Of a stretch of DNA of 64,000 nt, positions 1 to 10,502 are shown in pieces. The stretch is from an uncultured Gemmatimonadota bacterium. GTDB taxonomy: Bacteria; GCA-2686955. Both the position numbers and the translations under genes were made by a program. The stretch covers positions 64,383-128,382 of the forward strand of contig CAZBBK010000007.1 of NCBI GenBank assembly GCA_964490075.1, written 5' to 3'. Each line of letters opens with the position of its first letter. The stretch's first letter is position 1. The notes under the pieces were generated by a model that saw nothing but the letters and a program-made list of their open reading frames with translations, ran no database searches and was not told where the DNA came from.

Positions 1-1
1 G

Positions 2-685
2 TACTCCACCTCGAACCTCGGCTCCGACCTGGCGAGCGCGGGCGACCTGAACGGCGACGGCGGCGTCGACCTGGTGATCGGCGATCACGACCAGAGGGCC
101 CGCTTCACCGACCGGCGCGGCCGCATCTTCGTGACCACCGGGGGGCGGACCACGCAAATCGACGGACCGGGACCCGATTCCTGGTTCTCGATCACCCTCG
201 CGCCTCTGGGCGACTGGGATCTGGACGGACTGGCCGACATCGCTGTCGCGGCACCTCGCTACACGGTGGCCGGCAAAGGAATCGTCGGCTGGGTCGGCGT
301 GCTGCACGGCAGCCGCGAATCGCTCGCGATCCACGACCTGCGCGTCGGCGAAAGGCGCCAGGGCTTCTTCGGAGCGGGGCTCACCGGCGGAGCCGACTTC
401 ACCGGAGACGGCGTGGAGGACCTGGTGATCGGAGCGCCCGGAGTCGGCGGCGTCGGCCGCATCGAGGTGTTCCCCGGCGGACCGGGCGCGACCCTGGAGC
501 AGAAGCCGGTCGGCGTGTTCCATGGAACCCGCCAGGGCGCGGCCTGGGGAAGCTGCCTGACGACCGGCTTCGATCTCGACCAGGACGGCAGGATCGAGCT
601 CCTGGTCGGCGCCCCCGAAGATTGCCAGGCCGGTTACCACGCCGGCGCCTTCGAGCTCTGGGAGCGCGGCGGCGCCGAGGAGTAG
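2..685 (+). CDS. FG-GAP repeat (integrin-alpha-like beta-propeller) protein, 5' partial, continues upstream of the window
   Basis: The open frame runs from the window start. Repeated 'DLNGDGGVDLVIG', 'DLDGLADIAVAAP' and 'DFTGDGVEDLVIGAP' motifs are typical of FG-GAP repeats. Confidence 0.6.
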   Translation, partial: YSTSNLGSDLASAGDLNGDGGVDLVIGDHDQRARFTDRRGRIFVTTGGRTTQIDGPGPDSWFSITLAPLGDWDLDGLADIAVAAPRYTVAGKGIVGWVGVLHGSRESLAIHDLRVGERRQGFFGAGLTGGADFTGDGVEDLVIGAPGVGGVGRIEVFPGGPGATLEQKPVGVFHGTRQGAAWGSCLTTGFDLDQDGRIELLVGAPEDCQAGYHAGAFELWERGGAEE

Positions 686-718
686 CAGCGGCGGAGCAGG
701 AGTGGCCGAGGGCCCTTG

Positions 719-1666
719 CTACGCTCCCCGCGCCTCCAAGGCCGTTTCGGCGGCAACGATGACCGCCGCCAGCGACACCTTGCGCCGCGCCAGCCGAGCC
801 AGCCAGCGCTCCCGATCCGCCAGCGCCGCCAGCGCCCGCTCGGTGAGTCGATGCCCGAGCGCGTCGCGCAGCTCCTCCTCGGCGGCGGCCCGCCGGAAGC
901 GTTGCAGGCGGTCGCCGCCGCGCAGCCAGCGGCGGTGCTCCGCCAGGGCATCGAGCAGCGCCTCGACCCCCTCGCCGGTGGTCGCCGTGGTCTTCAACAC
1001 CGGAACCGCCCGCCCGCCCGGTGCGTCCGCCAGCGCCAGCATCCCCTCGATCGCGGCGACCATCCCCTCCGCGCCCTCGCGATCGGCTTTGTTGACCACG
1101 AAGATGTCTGCCGCCTCCATCACCCCCGCCTTCAGAGCCTGAATCGTGTCGCCCTGCCCCGGCACCAACACCAGCACGGTGCTCATCGTGCTCCCCGCCA
1201 CCGCCACCTCGGCCTGTCCGACCCCCACCGTCTCCACGATCACCACCTCGAAGCCCGCCGCGTCCAGCAGGTGCATCACTTCGCGCGCGGCCGGCGCCAG
1301 ACCACCCAGTCGGCCGCGGCTGGCCATCGAGCGGATGAACACTCCCGGATCGGCATGATGGCGCATCATGCGCACCCGGTCGCCCAAGAGCGCGCCGCCG
1401 GTGAAGGGGCTCGTGGGATCGATCGCCAGCGCCGCCACGCTCTTGCCCGCCCCGCGCAGCCCCCCGATCAACGCATCGACCAAGGTCGACTTGCCGGCCC
1501 CCGGGGCCCCCGTCACACCGATGGTCGCCGCCTTCCCGGAGCGCTTGTAGAGCAGCTCCAAGAGCCGCTTGCCACGCTCATCCTCCGCCTCGAGGGCGCT
1601 GATGGCCCGGGCCAGAGCTCGCCGGTCCCCGGCCGCCACCGCCTCAGCCAGATCGGAAACGCTCAC
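719..1666 (-). CDS. meaB: MeaB/ArgK-type G-protein chaperone of B12-dependent mutases
   Basis: P-loop '[12 protein letters not shown]' and 'VVNKAD' G4 motif; length about 315 aa; overlaps the stop of the upstream B12-binding subunit gene by 4 nt. Confidence 0.8.
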   Translation of the reverse strand: MSVSDLAEAVAAGDRRALARAISALEAEDERGKRLLELLYKRSGKAATIGVTGAPGAGKSTLVDALIGGLRGAGKSVAALAIDPTSPFTGGALLGDRVRMMRHHADPGVFIRSMASRGRLGGLAPAAREVMHLLDAAGFEVVIVETVGVGQAEVAVAGSTMSTVLVLVPGQGDTIQALKAGVMEAADIFVVNKADREGAEGMVAAIEGMLALADAPGGRAVPVLKTTATTGEGVEALLDALAEHRRWLRGGDRLQRFRRAAAEEELRDALGHRLTERALAALADRERWLARLARRKVSLAAVIVAAETALEARGA

Positions 1667-2085
1667 GAATCGGCATCCCCCGCGCGGGCGCCCAACGCTC
1701 GGCGCAAGTACGACACGATCTCGGTGGTCGCCGTCCCCGGCGTGAAGATCTCGTCGACTCCCATCTTCTTCAGCGCCTTCTCGTCGTCCGGCGGAATGAT
1801 GCCTCCGCCGAAGAGCAGCACTTCCTGGCCGCCCTGCTCGGCCAGCAGCTCGCAGACGCGCGCGAAGAGCGTCAGATGGGCGCCCGAGAGCACCGACAAG
1901 CCCACCGCCCGCACATCCTCCTGGAGCGCCGCCGATACGATCATCTCCGGCGTTTGGTGCAACCCGGTGTAGATCACCTCCATGCCCGCGTCGCGCAACG
2001 CCCGTGCCACCACTTTCGCACCGCGATCGTGCCCGTCGAGCCCCGGCTTGGCGATCAGAACGCGGATCGGTCTCAATTCATTCAT
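1663..2085 (-). CDS. stand-alone cobalamin (B12)-binding domain protein (mutase small subunit-like)
   Basis: About 140 aa, '[32 protein letters not shown]' carries the DxHxxG B12-binding signature; start ATG at 2085 chosen inside a longer ORF. Confidence 0.7.
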   Translation of the reverse strand: MNELRPIRVLIAKPGLDGHDRGAKVVARALRDAGMEVIYTGLHQTPEMIVSAALQEDVRAVGLSVLSGAHLTLFARVCELLAEQGGQEVLLFGGGIIPPDDEKALKKMGVDEIFTPGTATTEIVSYLRRALGARAGDADS

Positions 2086-2107
2086 CGGTTTCGGCCTCCG
2101 CAGCGGA

Positions 2108-5100
2108 TCACATCGATCGCCGATACTGCCCGCCCACCTCGAAAAGGGCGTTCGAGATCTGCCCCAGCGACGCCACTCTGGCGGTGTGCAGCAGCTCGCG
2201 GAAGATGTTCTCGCCATCGGCGGCTACGCATTCCAGACGGGTGAGCGCCGACTCGGCGGCATTGGCGTGGAAAGCCTGGAAATGTTGCAGGTTGTCGAGC
2301 TGGGCTTGCTTCTCGGCCGCCGTCGAACGCGCCAGCTCCGGTGTCTCCACCCTTTCCGCACTCTCTCTCAAAAATGTGTTGACACCAACGATCGGCAGCT
2401 CGCCCGAGCTCTTGAGGGTTTCGTAGTGCAACGACTCCTCCTGGATCTTCCCCCTCTGGTACTGGGTCTCCATCGCCCCCAGAACTCCCCCGCGCCGAGC
2501 GATGCGCCGGAACTCCTCCAGCACCGCCTCTTCGACCAGCCGTGTCAGCTCGTCGACGACGAAGGCCCCCTGCAGGGGGTTCTCGTTCTTGGACATTCCC
2601 AGCTCTTTCTGGCTGATCAGCTGAATCGCCAGGGCGCGGCGCACCGAGTCCTCGGTCGGAGTCGTGATCGCCTCGTCGAAGGCGTTGGTGTGCAGAGAAT
2701 TGCAGTTGTCGTAGTAGGCGTAGAGCGCTTGCAGGGTGGTGCGGATATCGTTGTAGTCGATCTCCTGGGCGTGCAGCGAGCGACCCGAGGTCTGGATATG
2801 GTATTTCAGCTTCTGGGAACGCTCCAACGCGCCGTAGCGATTGCGCATCGCCACCGACCAGATGCGCCGGGCGACGCGGCCGATCACCGCGTACTCCGGA
2901 TCGAGGCCATTGGAGAAGAAGAAGGAGAGGCTGGGCGCGAAATCGTCGATCTTCATGCCCCGCGACAGGTAGTACTCGACGTAGGTGAGGCCGTTGGCGA
3001 GGGTGAAGGCGAGCTGCGTGATCGGGTTGGCCCCGGCCTCGGCGATGTGGTAGCCGGAGATCGATACGGAGTAGTAGTAGCGGCATGCACGCCGGATCAG
3101 CTCCTCCTGAATGTCGCCCATCATGCGCAACGCGAAGTCGATCGAGAAGATGCAAGTGTTCTGCGCCTGGTCCTCTTTGAGGATGTCGGCCTGGACAGTG
3201 CCTCGCACCACCTTCAGAGTGTCGCCGGCGATGCGCTCGTAGACCTCCGGTTCGACCCACTGCGAGCCGTCGGAACCGAGCAGCGCGAGTCCCAGCGAAC
3301 GATCACCTTCTACCGACTCCAGTCCGGCGTAGGCCGGCGGCTCCAGGGCGCGCTCGCGCCAGCGATCTGCGATCGCCGAGCGCACCTCTTCGAGCCGCCC
3401 CGCGTCGCGCAGATGACGTTCCACCTGCTGGTCGATCGCGGTGTTGAGGAAGTAGGCCAGCATGGTCGGAGCCGGCCCGTTGATGGTCATCGAAACCGAC
3501 GTGCTCGGCGCGCAGAGATCGAAGCCGCTGTAGAGCTTCTTGGCATCGTCCAGGGTACAGATCGAAACGCCGGAGTTGCCCACCTTGCCGTAGACGTCGG
3601 GACGCGGCTGAGGATCGCGCCCGTAGAGCGTCACCGAGTCGAAGGCGGTGGACAGACGTGCCGCCGGCTGTCCCTCGGAGAGATAGTGGAAGCGACGGTT
3701 GGTCCGCTCGGGCGGCCCCTCGCCGGCGAACATCCGGGTCGGATTTTCGTCCTCGCGCTTGAAGGGGAAGACACCGGCGGTGAAGGGGAAGTTGCCGGGC
3801 AGGTTCTCGAGCATCAGCCAGAGCAGCAGATCGCCGCGGTCGGAGAAGGAGGGCAGCGCCACGCGGGGAATCGAGAGACCGGCCAGCGACTTGCGCCGCA
3901 GAGGAGTGCGCAGCTCGCGCTCGCCCGCGCCTCGCACCAGCTCCTCGCCGCGCAGCTCCGCCGCGCTCGCTTCCCAGGCGGCCAGCGCCTGCAGGGCGGA
4001 GGGGTCGGTGAGGGCGCGGATCTCCGTCAGACGCCGGCGCAAGGTCTCGGCCTCGGACGCGTCGGCGCCGATCTCCTCCAACGCGTGCTCCAGGCGATCC
4101 CCGCGTCGAACCAGCTCGGCCTGGGCCCGCGCCCCTTCGTGGTGCGCCTCGACCGCATCGGCCACCTCGGCCAGATAGCGCTCGCGATCGGCCCCGATCA
4201 GCTCGGCCTGGCGCGGATCGCCGGCGCCGCCGGGCGCGGGTGTCCGCCAATCGACCGCGCAGCGCTCGCCGATCGCGCCGATCAACGCGGCGTAGAGATG
4301 GTTGGTGCCCGGATCGTTGAACTGGCTGGCGATGGTCGGATAGACGGGAGCCGGCGCGCCTTGGGTCGCGAACTCGCGGTTGCGCTCGATCTGCTTGCGC
4401 ACATCGCGCAGCGCATCCTCGGCGCCACGCTTCTCGTACTTGTTGAGCACCACCAGGTCGGCCAGGTCGAGCATGTCGATCTTTTCGAGCTGGGTCGCCG
4501 CCCCGTATTCGGGCGTCATCACGTAGACCGTCAGATCGACCAGCTCCACGATCTCGCTGTTGCTCTGGCCGATGCCCGCGGTCTCGACCAGGATCAGGTC
4601 GAAGCCGGCCAGCCGGGTCAGCCGAATGGCGTCGCGCAGCGCTCGGCTGGTGGCCCGATTCGACTCCCGGGTCGCCATGCTGCGGAAGAAGGTGCGCTCG
4701 TTGCCCTCCGGACCCGAGGCCGCCACCGAGTTGACGCGGATTCGGTCGCCGAGCAAAGCACCTCCGGTCCGGCGCCGGGTCGGATCGACCGCCAGCACCG
4801 CCACCCTGCGCTCGGGCTGGTCGGCGAGGAAACGGCGGATCAGCTCGTCGGTCACCGTCGACTTGCCGGCCCCGCCGGTGCCCGTGACGCCGACCACCAC
4901 CGCCCCCGGCGCCGGCTCCCTCGCCGCCAGGGCAGTGCGCCAGCATCTTCGATGGGTGTCGCTTCCGGTCGAAAAACGCTCGGCGCAGGTGAGCGCCCGC
5001 GCCAGGCCGACGCGCGTCTTCACCGCGGCCACGATCTGCCCGAAATCGATCGCCGCGGCGCCACCCTTGCCCCCCTCGCGGCCGATCATGGGGTCGAAAT

Positions 5101-5620
5101 CACAGCGCTCGAGCACGTCGTCGATCATGCCGACCAGTCCCATGCGCCGCCCGTCCTCGGGGCTGAAGATGCGATCGATGCCGAAACGGTGAAGCTCCTC
5201 GATCTCTTCGGGGACGATCACCCCGCCACCGCCGCCGAAGATCCTGATCTGCGCGGCACCCCGCTCATCGAGCAGCTCACGGGCGTACTTGAAGAACTCC
5301 ATATGACCTCCCTGGTAGGAGGTCAGCGCGATCCCTTGCACATCCTCGGCGATCGCCGCATCGACCACCTCGGCCACCGAGCGGTCGTGACCGAGGTGGA
5401 TCACCTCGGCGCCCCGCGCCTGGAAGAGCCGGCGCATGATGTTGATCGCCGCATCGTGGCCGTCGAAGAGCGCGGCGGCGGTGACCAGACGGATCGGGTG
5501 GTGCAGCTCGAGCGGAGCCGCGGCGCCCGCTGTCGGGGCGGGAGCGGTGGTCGGTTGCGACATGGAGGTTTCGGTCCCCTGGTTGCGGGTGAGGGCGGAG
5601 TCGGAGCGCCTCCTATCCAC
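2108..5620 (-). CDS. icmF: fused isobutyryl-CoA mutase (IcmF-type): B12-binding domain, MeaB-like GTPase, mutase substrate-binding barrel
   Basis: N-terminal B12-binding domain (DGHD...), central '[12 protein letters not shown]' G-domain, C-terminal methylmalonyl/isobutyryl-CoA mutase-like region; about 1150 aa. Alternative start MSQPTT at 5563. Confidence 0.8.
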   Translation of the reverse strand: MDRRRSDSALTRNQGTETSMSQPTTAPAPTAGAAAPLELHHPIRLVTAAALFDGHDAAINIMRRLFQARGAEVIHLGHDRSVAEVVDAAIAEDVQGIALTSYQGGHMEFFKYARELLDERGAAQIRIFGGGGGVIVPEEIEELHRFGIDRIFSPEDGRRMGLVGMIDDVLERCDFDPMIGREGGKGGAAAIDFGQIVAAVKTRVGLARALTCAERFSTGSDTHRRCWRTALAAREPAPGAVVVGVTGTGGAGKSTVTDELIRRFLADQPERRVAVLAVDPTRRRTGGALLGDRIRVNSVAASGPEGNERTFFRSMATRESNRATSRALRDAIRLTRLAGFDLILVETAGIGQSNSEIVELVDLTVYVMTPEYGAATQLEKIDMLDLADLVVLNKYEKRGAEDALRDVRKQIERNREFATQGAPAPVYPTIASQFNDPGTNHLYAALIGAIGERCAVDWRTPAPGGAGDPRQAELIGADRERYLAEVADAVEAHHEGARAQAELVRRGDRLEHALEEIGADASEAETLRRRLTEIRALTDPSALQALAAWEASAAELRGEELVRGAGERELRTPLRRKSLAGLSIPRVALPSFSDRGDLLLWLMLENLPGNFPFTAGVFPFKREDENPTRMFAGEGPPERTNRRFHYLSEGQPAARLSTAFDSVTLYGRDPQPRPDVYGKVGNSGVSICTLDDAKKLYSGFDLCAPSTSVSMTINGPAPTMLAYFLNTAIDQQVERHLRDAGRLEEVRSAIADRWRERALEPPAYAGLESVEGDRSLGLALLGSDGSQWVEPEVYERIAGDTLKVVRGTVQADILKEDQAQNTCIFSIDFALRMMGDIQEELIRRACRYYYSVSISGYHIAEAGANPITQLAFTLANGLTYVEYYLSRGMKIDDFAPSLSFFFSNGLDPEYAVIGRVARRIWSVAMRNRYGALERSQKLKYHIQTSGRSLHAQEIDYNDIRTTLQALYAYYDNCNSLHTNAFDEAITTPTEDSVRRALAIQLISQKELGMSKNENPLQGAFVVDELTRLVEEAVLEEFRRIARRGGVLGAMETQYQRGKIQEESLHYETLKSSGELPIVGVNTFLRESAERVETPELARSTAAEKQAQLDNLQHFQAFHANAAESALTRLECVAADGENIFRELLHTARVASLGQISNALFEVGGQYRRSM

Positions 5621-7165
5621 CTACTCCCATTCGATGGTGGAGGGCGGCTTGGACGAGATGTCGTAGACCACCCGATTGACCCCCCGGACCTCGTTGATGA
5701 TGCGCGAAGAGATGCGCCCCAAGAGCTCGTACGGCAGCCGCGTCCAGTCGGCCGTCATGGCGTCAGCGGAGTCGACCGCACGCACCGCGATGACGTTTTC
5801 GTAGGTTCGCTCGTCGCCCATCACCCCCACCGTCTGCACCGGCAGCAGCACGGCGAAGGACTGCCAGATGTCGCGATAGAGGCCGGCGGCCTTGACCTCC
5901 TCGACCACCACGTGGTCGGCCCGGCGCAGTATCTCGAGCCGCTGCGGCGTCACGTCGCCCAGCACGCGCACCGCCAGACCCGGCCCCGGGAAGGGCTGGC
6001 GCCAGATCAGCTCATCCTCGAGCCCGAGCTCGGCACCGAGTCGCCGGACCTCGTCTTTGAACAGCTCCCGGAGCGGTTCCACCAGCTCCAGGTTCATTCG
6101 CTCCGGCAGTCCGCCCACGTTGTGGTGACTCTTGATGGTCGCCGAAGGGCCCTTGAACGAGACCGACTCGATCACGTCGGGGTAGAGCGTGCCCTGCCCC
6201 AGGTAGCGGAAGCCGCCCAGTCGCGCGGCCTGCTCCTCGAAGACATCGATGAAGGTGCGGCCGATGATCTTGCGCTTGCGCTCCGGGTCGATCACTCCGG
6301 CCAGCCCCTCCAGGAACGCGCGCCGCGCATCGGCCACCACCAGGTTGAGCCCCATGTGGCTCTGGTAGCGCACCCGTACCTGCTCGGCTTCGTTCAGGCG
6401 CAAGAGCCCGTTGTCGACGAACACGCAGACCAGCCGCTCGCCGATCGCCCGCTGCAGCAGCGCCGCGGTCACCGTGGAATCGACTCCCCCCGAGAGCGCC
6501 AGCAGCACCCGGTCACCCGCGCCGATACGCTGCCGCAGGCGCTCCACTTCGCGCTCGGCGTAGGCGCTCATCGTCCAGGTCGGCGCGCAGCCGGCCACTT
6601 CGCGCACGAAACGTTGCAGCATCTCGGTGCCGCGCGGCGTGTGCGCCACCTCGGGATGAAACTGCACGCCATAGAAGCCGCGGGCGGAATCCTCGATCGC
6701 CGCCACCGGCGACGACTCGTTCCCGGCCACGGCGCGGAAGCCCGGCGGCGCCTTTTCGACCCGATCGCCGTGGCTCATCCAAACCTCGACCTTTGCGCCG
6801 AGCCCGGCGAAGAGCGCGGACTCGCGATCGACGCGCAGCGTGGCGGGACCGAACTCGCGCTGCGTCGAGGGAGCCACAGTGCCGCCCAGCATCTCCCCCA
6901 TCAGCTGCAGCCCGTAGCAAATCCCCAGAATCGGCAGCCCCAGGTCGAAGATCGCCGCGTCCGGCCGAGGGCTGTCGGCGGCGAGCACGCTGGCCGGTCC
7001 CCCGGAAAGCACCAGGGCCGCGGGCCGGTGGGCGCGGATCTCGTCGATCGGAGTGTTGTAAGGAAGCAGCTCGCTGCGCACTCGCAGCTCACGAATCCGG
7101 CGCGCAATGAGCTGGCTGTACTGGCCGCCGAAGTCGAGGATCAGGACCGTGTGTTGGTCGGGCAT
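5621..7165 (-). CDS. guaA: GMP synthase (glutamine-hydrolysing)
   Basis: '[21 protein letters not shown]' glutamine amidotransferase N-terminus, 'SGGVDSTV' PP-loop, C-terminal '...PPSTIEWE'. Start ATG at 7165 verified by hand (MPDQH). Confidence 0.9.
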   Translation of the reverse strand: MPDQHTVLILDFGGQYSQLIARRIRELRVRSELLPYNTPIDEIRAHRPAALVLSGGPASVLAADSPRPDAAIFDLGLPILGICYGLQLMGEMLGGTVAPSTQREFGPATLRVDRESALFAGLGAKVEVWMSHGDRVEKAPPGFRAVAGNESSPVAAIEDSARGFYGVQFHPEVAHTPRGTEMLQRFVREVAGCAPTWTMSAYAEREVERLRQRIGAGDRVLLALSGGVDSTVTAALLQRAIGERLVCVFVDNGLLRLNEAEQVRVRYQSHMGLNLVVADARRAFLEGLAGVIDPERKRKIIGRTFIDVFEEQAARLGGFRYLGQGTLYPDVIESVSFKGPSATIKSHHNVGGLPERMNLELVEPLRELFKDEVRRLGAELGLEDELIWRQPFPGPGLAVRVLGDVTPQRLEILRRADHVVVEEVKAAGLYRDIWQSFAVLLPVQTVGVMGDERTYENVIAVRAVDSADAMTADWTRLPYELLGRISSRIINEVRGVNRVVYDISSKPPSTIEWE

Positions 7166-7188
7166 CGAGGGTCCTCGCGACGCGAGAT

Positions 7189-8751
7189 TCAGTGGAGGAA
7201 ATGCCGGCGGCCGGTGAGGACCATGGCGATGCCGTGCTCGTTGGCGGCCTCGATCACCTCGGCATCGCGCTTGGAGCCGCCGGGCTGGACCACCGCCCGC
7301 ACACCGGCGGCATGGGCCTCGTCGATGCCGTCGCGGAAGGGGAAAAAAGCGTCGGAAGCAAGCACCGAGCCCACCGCGTCGTGGCCGTGCTCGCGTGCCT
7401 TGCTGACCGCGATTCGCACCGAGTCGACACGGCTCATCTGCCCAGCCCCCACGCCGATCGTCCGGGTGCCCCGGCCGAGCAGGATGGCGTTCGACTTCAC
7501 GTGGCGACATACTTTCCAGGCGAAACGCAGCGCCGCCAGCTCCTCCTCAGAGGGGGATCGATCCCCGGCCACGGTCCAGCTCTCGAGATCGTCGCCGCAG
7601 GGGTCGCGCTCCTGGAGCAGATAGCCGCCCAGCACACTGCGCAGCTCGAAGCCCCGCGGCCCGCGGCCTGAGCCGGCGCACCTTTCGATCTCCGGCAGCT
7701 CCAGCAGTCGCAGCGCCTTCTTCTTGCGCAGCAGCTCGCGTGCCGGTGGTTCTACCAGGGGAGCGATCACCGCCTCGACGAAAGTCGCCTTGATGCGCGC
7801 CGCGGTCGCCTCGTCGAGCGGCCGATTGAGCGCCACCACCGACCCGAAGGCCGAGACCGGATCGCAGAGCCGGGCCGCCTCGTAGGCCTGGTCCAGGGTC
7901 GCGGCGAGGGCGCAGCCGGAAGGGTTGGCGTGCTTCATCACCGCCGCGGCCGGCGCGTCGAACTCGATCGCCAGCGAGAGGGCCGCCGATAGATCGCCGA
8001 GGTTGTTGAACGAGAGCTCCTTGCCCTGGAGCTGACTGGCCGCCGCAAGGGACAGCCGATCGCCGCGCCCGTCGTCGTAGAAGGCCGCGGCCTGGTGGGG
8101 ATTCTCGCCGTAGCGCAACGACTGCACGCGGCGCAGCGGCACGCCGAGCTCGGCAGCGAAGGGCGTGGCATCCAGCATCCGCTGCAGATAGAGCGCGATG
8201 GCGCCGTCGTAGCGCGCCGTGTGCCGAAAGGCGGCGAGCGCCAGGCGACCGCGATAGGCCAGGTCGGCGCTGCCGGCCTCGAGCCGCTCGATCACCTCGC
8301 CGTACTGCGCCGGAGAGGTGACGACCAGGACCTGCGGATGGTTCTTGGCCGCCGCTCGCACCATCGCCGGACCGCCGATGTCGATCTGCTCCAGCGCGGC
8401 GCCCAGATCGCCATGACGGCTGGCCTCGTCGAAGGGATAGAGGTTGACCACCACGATGTCGATCGCCGCGATCCCCAGCCGCTCGGCGTCGTCTCGGTCG
8501 CCGGAGTGGTCCCGGCGCTGCAAGATGCCGCCGTGAATCACCGGGTGCAGGGTCTTGACCCGCCCCCCCATCATCTCGGGCGCGCCGGTGAGCTCACTCA
8601 CCGCTTTCACCTCCACTCCCGCCTCGCGCAGCCGGCCCGCCGTGCCGCCGCTCGAGACCAGCTCGATCCCGAGCGCGGCGAGCCGCCGGGCGAAATCCTC
8701 GATTCCCGTCTTGTCGGAGACACTCAAGAGCGCGCGCTGGGCCTGGAACAC
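7189..8751 (-). CDS. purH: bifunctional AICAR transformylase / IMP cyclohydrolase
   Basis: '[11 protein letters not shown]', '[12 protein letters not shown]', C-terminal '[11 protein letters not shown]'. Probable GTG start at 8751; the ORF-track start at 8877 would add an Arg-rich extension. Confidence 0.85.
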   Translation of the reverse strand: MFQAQRALLSVSDKTGIEDFARRLAALGIELVSSGGTAGRLREAGVEVKAVSELTGAPEMMGGRVKTLHPVIHGGILQRRDHSGDRDDAERLGIAAIDIVVVNLYPFDEASRHGDLGAALEQIDIGGPAMVRAAAKNHPQVLVVTSPAQYGEVIERLEAGSADLAYRGRLALAAFRHTARYDGAIALYLQRMLDATPFAAELGVPLRRVQSLRYGENPHQAAAFYDDGRGDRLSLAAASQLQGKELSFNNLGDLSAALSLAIEFDAPAAAVMKHANPSGCALAATLDQAYEAARLCDPVSAFGSVVALNRPLDEATAARIKATFVEAVIAPLVEPPARELLRKKKALRLLELPEIERCAGSGRGPRGFELRSVLGGYLLQERDPCGDDLESWTVAGDRSPSEEELAALRFAWKVCRHVKSNAILLGRGTRTIGVGAGQMSRVDSVRIAVSKAREHGHDAVGSVLASDAFFPFRDGIDEAHAAGVRAVVQPGGSKRDAEVIEAANEHGIAMVLTGRRHFLH

Positions 8752-8950
8752 GGGATCCTCCTCGGGTGGGCGCCAGGATAGGGGAGCGGCCGGCGGGGGG
8801 GCAATGGTGACGAAGACACAGGGGCGGCCCGAAGATCGACGATATCGTCGAGCCGGAGCGCCACATCGCGCCGCCACGGGCGCGGCGTCGTGGCGTAGTC
8901 ACATATCCGGCGACTCTCTGTTCAGCTTCTGCGACGCCCGCGGCGTGGAG

Positions 8951-9809
8951 ATGTACGACATCTCCTCGCCAACGCCTGCCCTCCTGGCCAGCTACGATCC
9001 GCCCGCGCCGGTGGTCGCCTTCGAGGGCGGAGTCCGCGCCGGCGGCTCCCTCTATGTAGCGGCCCACCAAGAGGGTGTCTACGTCCTCGACATCGGCCCC
9101 GGGCTCAGCTTCGACTCTCAGATCGCGCTGTCGGAAAGCGCCGCCTGGGATATTGCGCTGCACACCGATCACCTGCTGGTGGCCAACGGCCGTCACGGCC
9201 TCTCGATCGTCGACATTTCCGGTGCGCCCATAGAGATCGCGACACTCGCGCTGCCGGGCCTGGCCAACGATATCGAGGTCAAGAACAGCACCGCCTATCT
9301 CACCTTGGCCGCCCACGGCGTCGCCGCGGTCGACATCAGCAACCCCGCCAACCCGCCTACCGCGTCCCCGATCCGATCGCCCCCTATCCGCAGGACTTCC
9401 TCATCGATGCCGACGGCATCATTCGCTATTGGGCTCGGGAATACGATCCCCAGCACCTGACACAGGTGATCGACCCGCTGATCGGCGCACCCTTCGTGCT
9501 CTCGATCTCTCCCGACCCGCTGCTCGGCGGAGAGCAGGGGAACTTCTCGGTCGAGCATGCCACGCCAAATCTGGCGACCTACCTGATCTACGGTCTCGCC
9601 GGCCCCGGCTCCACCTACGTGCCGCAGCTCGGCATCACGCTCGATCTCGCGGCCCCGGTGCTGGGCGCTCCCCGCTGGCCGCAAACCAGGACGGTGCCCT
9701 CTCCTGGATCGGGACGGTGCCCGAAACCGGCCAGGCAATCGACGTGTGGCGGCAGAGCGCCCAGAGCGGACGGGTGAGCAACCTGGTCGAGACTCAACTG
9801 CTTCCCTGA
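8951..9809 (+). pseudogene. LVIVD-repeat beta-propeller gene remnant, N-terminally truncated with two frameshifts
   Basis: 'LYVAAHQEGVYVLDI', 'GLSIVDISGAP' and 'AAVDISNPANPP' repeats in frame 2. The reading jumps to another frame near 9360 ('DFLIDADGIIRYWAREYDP...') and again near 9690 to end at 9809. No signal peptide or upstream start. Confidence 0.55.
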
Positions 9810-10414
9810 TCGCGCCCGGGCTTGAATTCGGGATAGAGCTCGACTGCGCAGTCCGGACAAATTCCGTGCGAGAAGCGCAGATCGAGGCGCTGCCGCAGAT
9901 ACCAATCGACCTGCTCCCAGTACTCCTGATCGTTGCGGATCTTCTTGCAACGAGCGCAGATCGGGATCAGCTCCTTGATCTGCACCAGCTCTGTCACATC
10001 CTCCAAGACCATCAACACGCGAGCCTCGCCCGCGAACTGAAAAGGCGACGCGGTGACCAGGAGGTGGACGCTCTCCGTGCGTCCGCCGCGTGCGATTTTC
10101 AGCCGCGATTTCTGCCGCACCACCTTGCCGCCGCCGATCGCATCCAGCGCCGAGAGGCGGATCGCACAGGCCCGGCACTCTTCCACCACGCCGCACTCGT
10201 GCTGCGGCTGCAACGCCACGCTGCATCCCAGCAACGCCCCGGCCGTGTCGAGCTCGGCAAGGGTGCGCTCGTCGCCGAGGAATTCGTCCGCGCCCGCGTT
10301 GCAGTCGATCACCCGTAGCGCTTGGTCAAAGATGATCACGGGTGCCGGAATCGCATCCATGATCGTGTTCAGGTAGCTCTTCTCGGGCGCGTCGCGCGGC
10401 TCGTCTGATGGCAT
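9794..10414 (-). CDS. PAS-domain sensor protein with C-terminal Cys-rich (CxxC...HGICPxC) zinc-ribbon-like tail
   Basis: N-terminal PAS-like region ('LNTIMDAIPAPVIIFD...'); C-terminus 'IPICARCKKIRNDQEYWEQVDWYLRQRLDLRFSHGICPDCAVELYP'. Confidence 0.6.
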   Translation of the reverse strand: MPSDEPRDAPEKSYLNTIMDAIPAPVIIFDQALRVIDCNAGADEFLGDERTLAELDTAGALLGCSVALQPQHECGVVEECRACAIRLSALDAIGGGKVVRQKSRLKIARGGRTESVHLLVTASPFQFAGEARVLMVLEDVTELVQIKELIPICARCKKIRNDQEYWEQVDWYLRQRLDLRFSHGICPDCAVELYPEFKPGRDQGSS

Positions 10415-10502
10415 CGCTGGGGAACCTCGACTCTCCGGGCTCGCCCTTCTCGACCTCCGAACACCATCGGTCCGATTCGTCGGATCGCAAGCGGCTCCGG
10501 CC

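Noticed and set aside
1982-7624. 1880-aa plus-strand ORF, and many other ORFs over 300 aa antisense to annotated genes (716-1972, 11859-14051, 24812-27313, 27861-29888, 33620-35200, etc.).
   Set aside because: Arg/Ala/Gly-rich low-complexity translations lying exactly antisense to well-conserved genes. This is a typical stop-codon-poor artefact of 70% GC DNA, with no recognisable domains.
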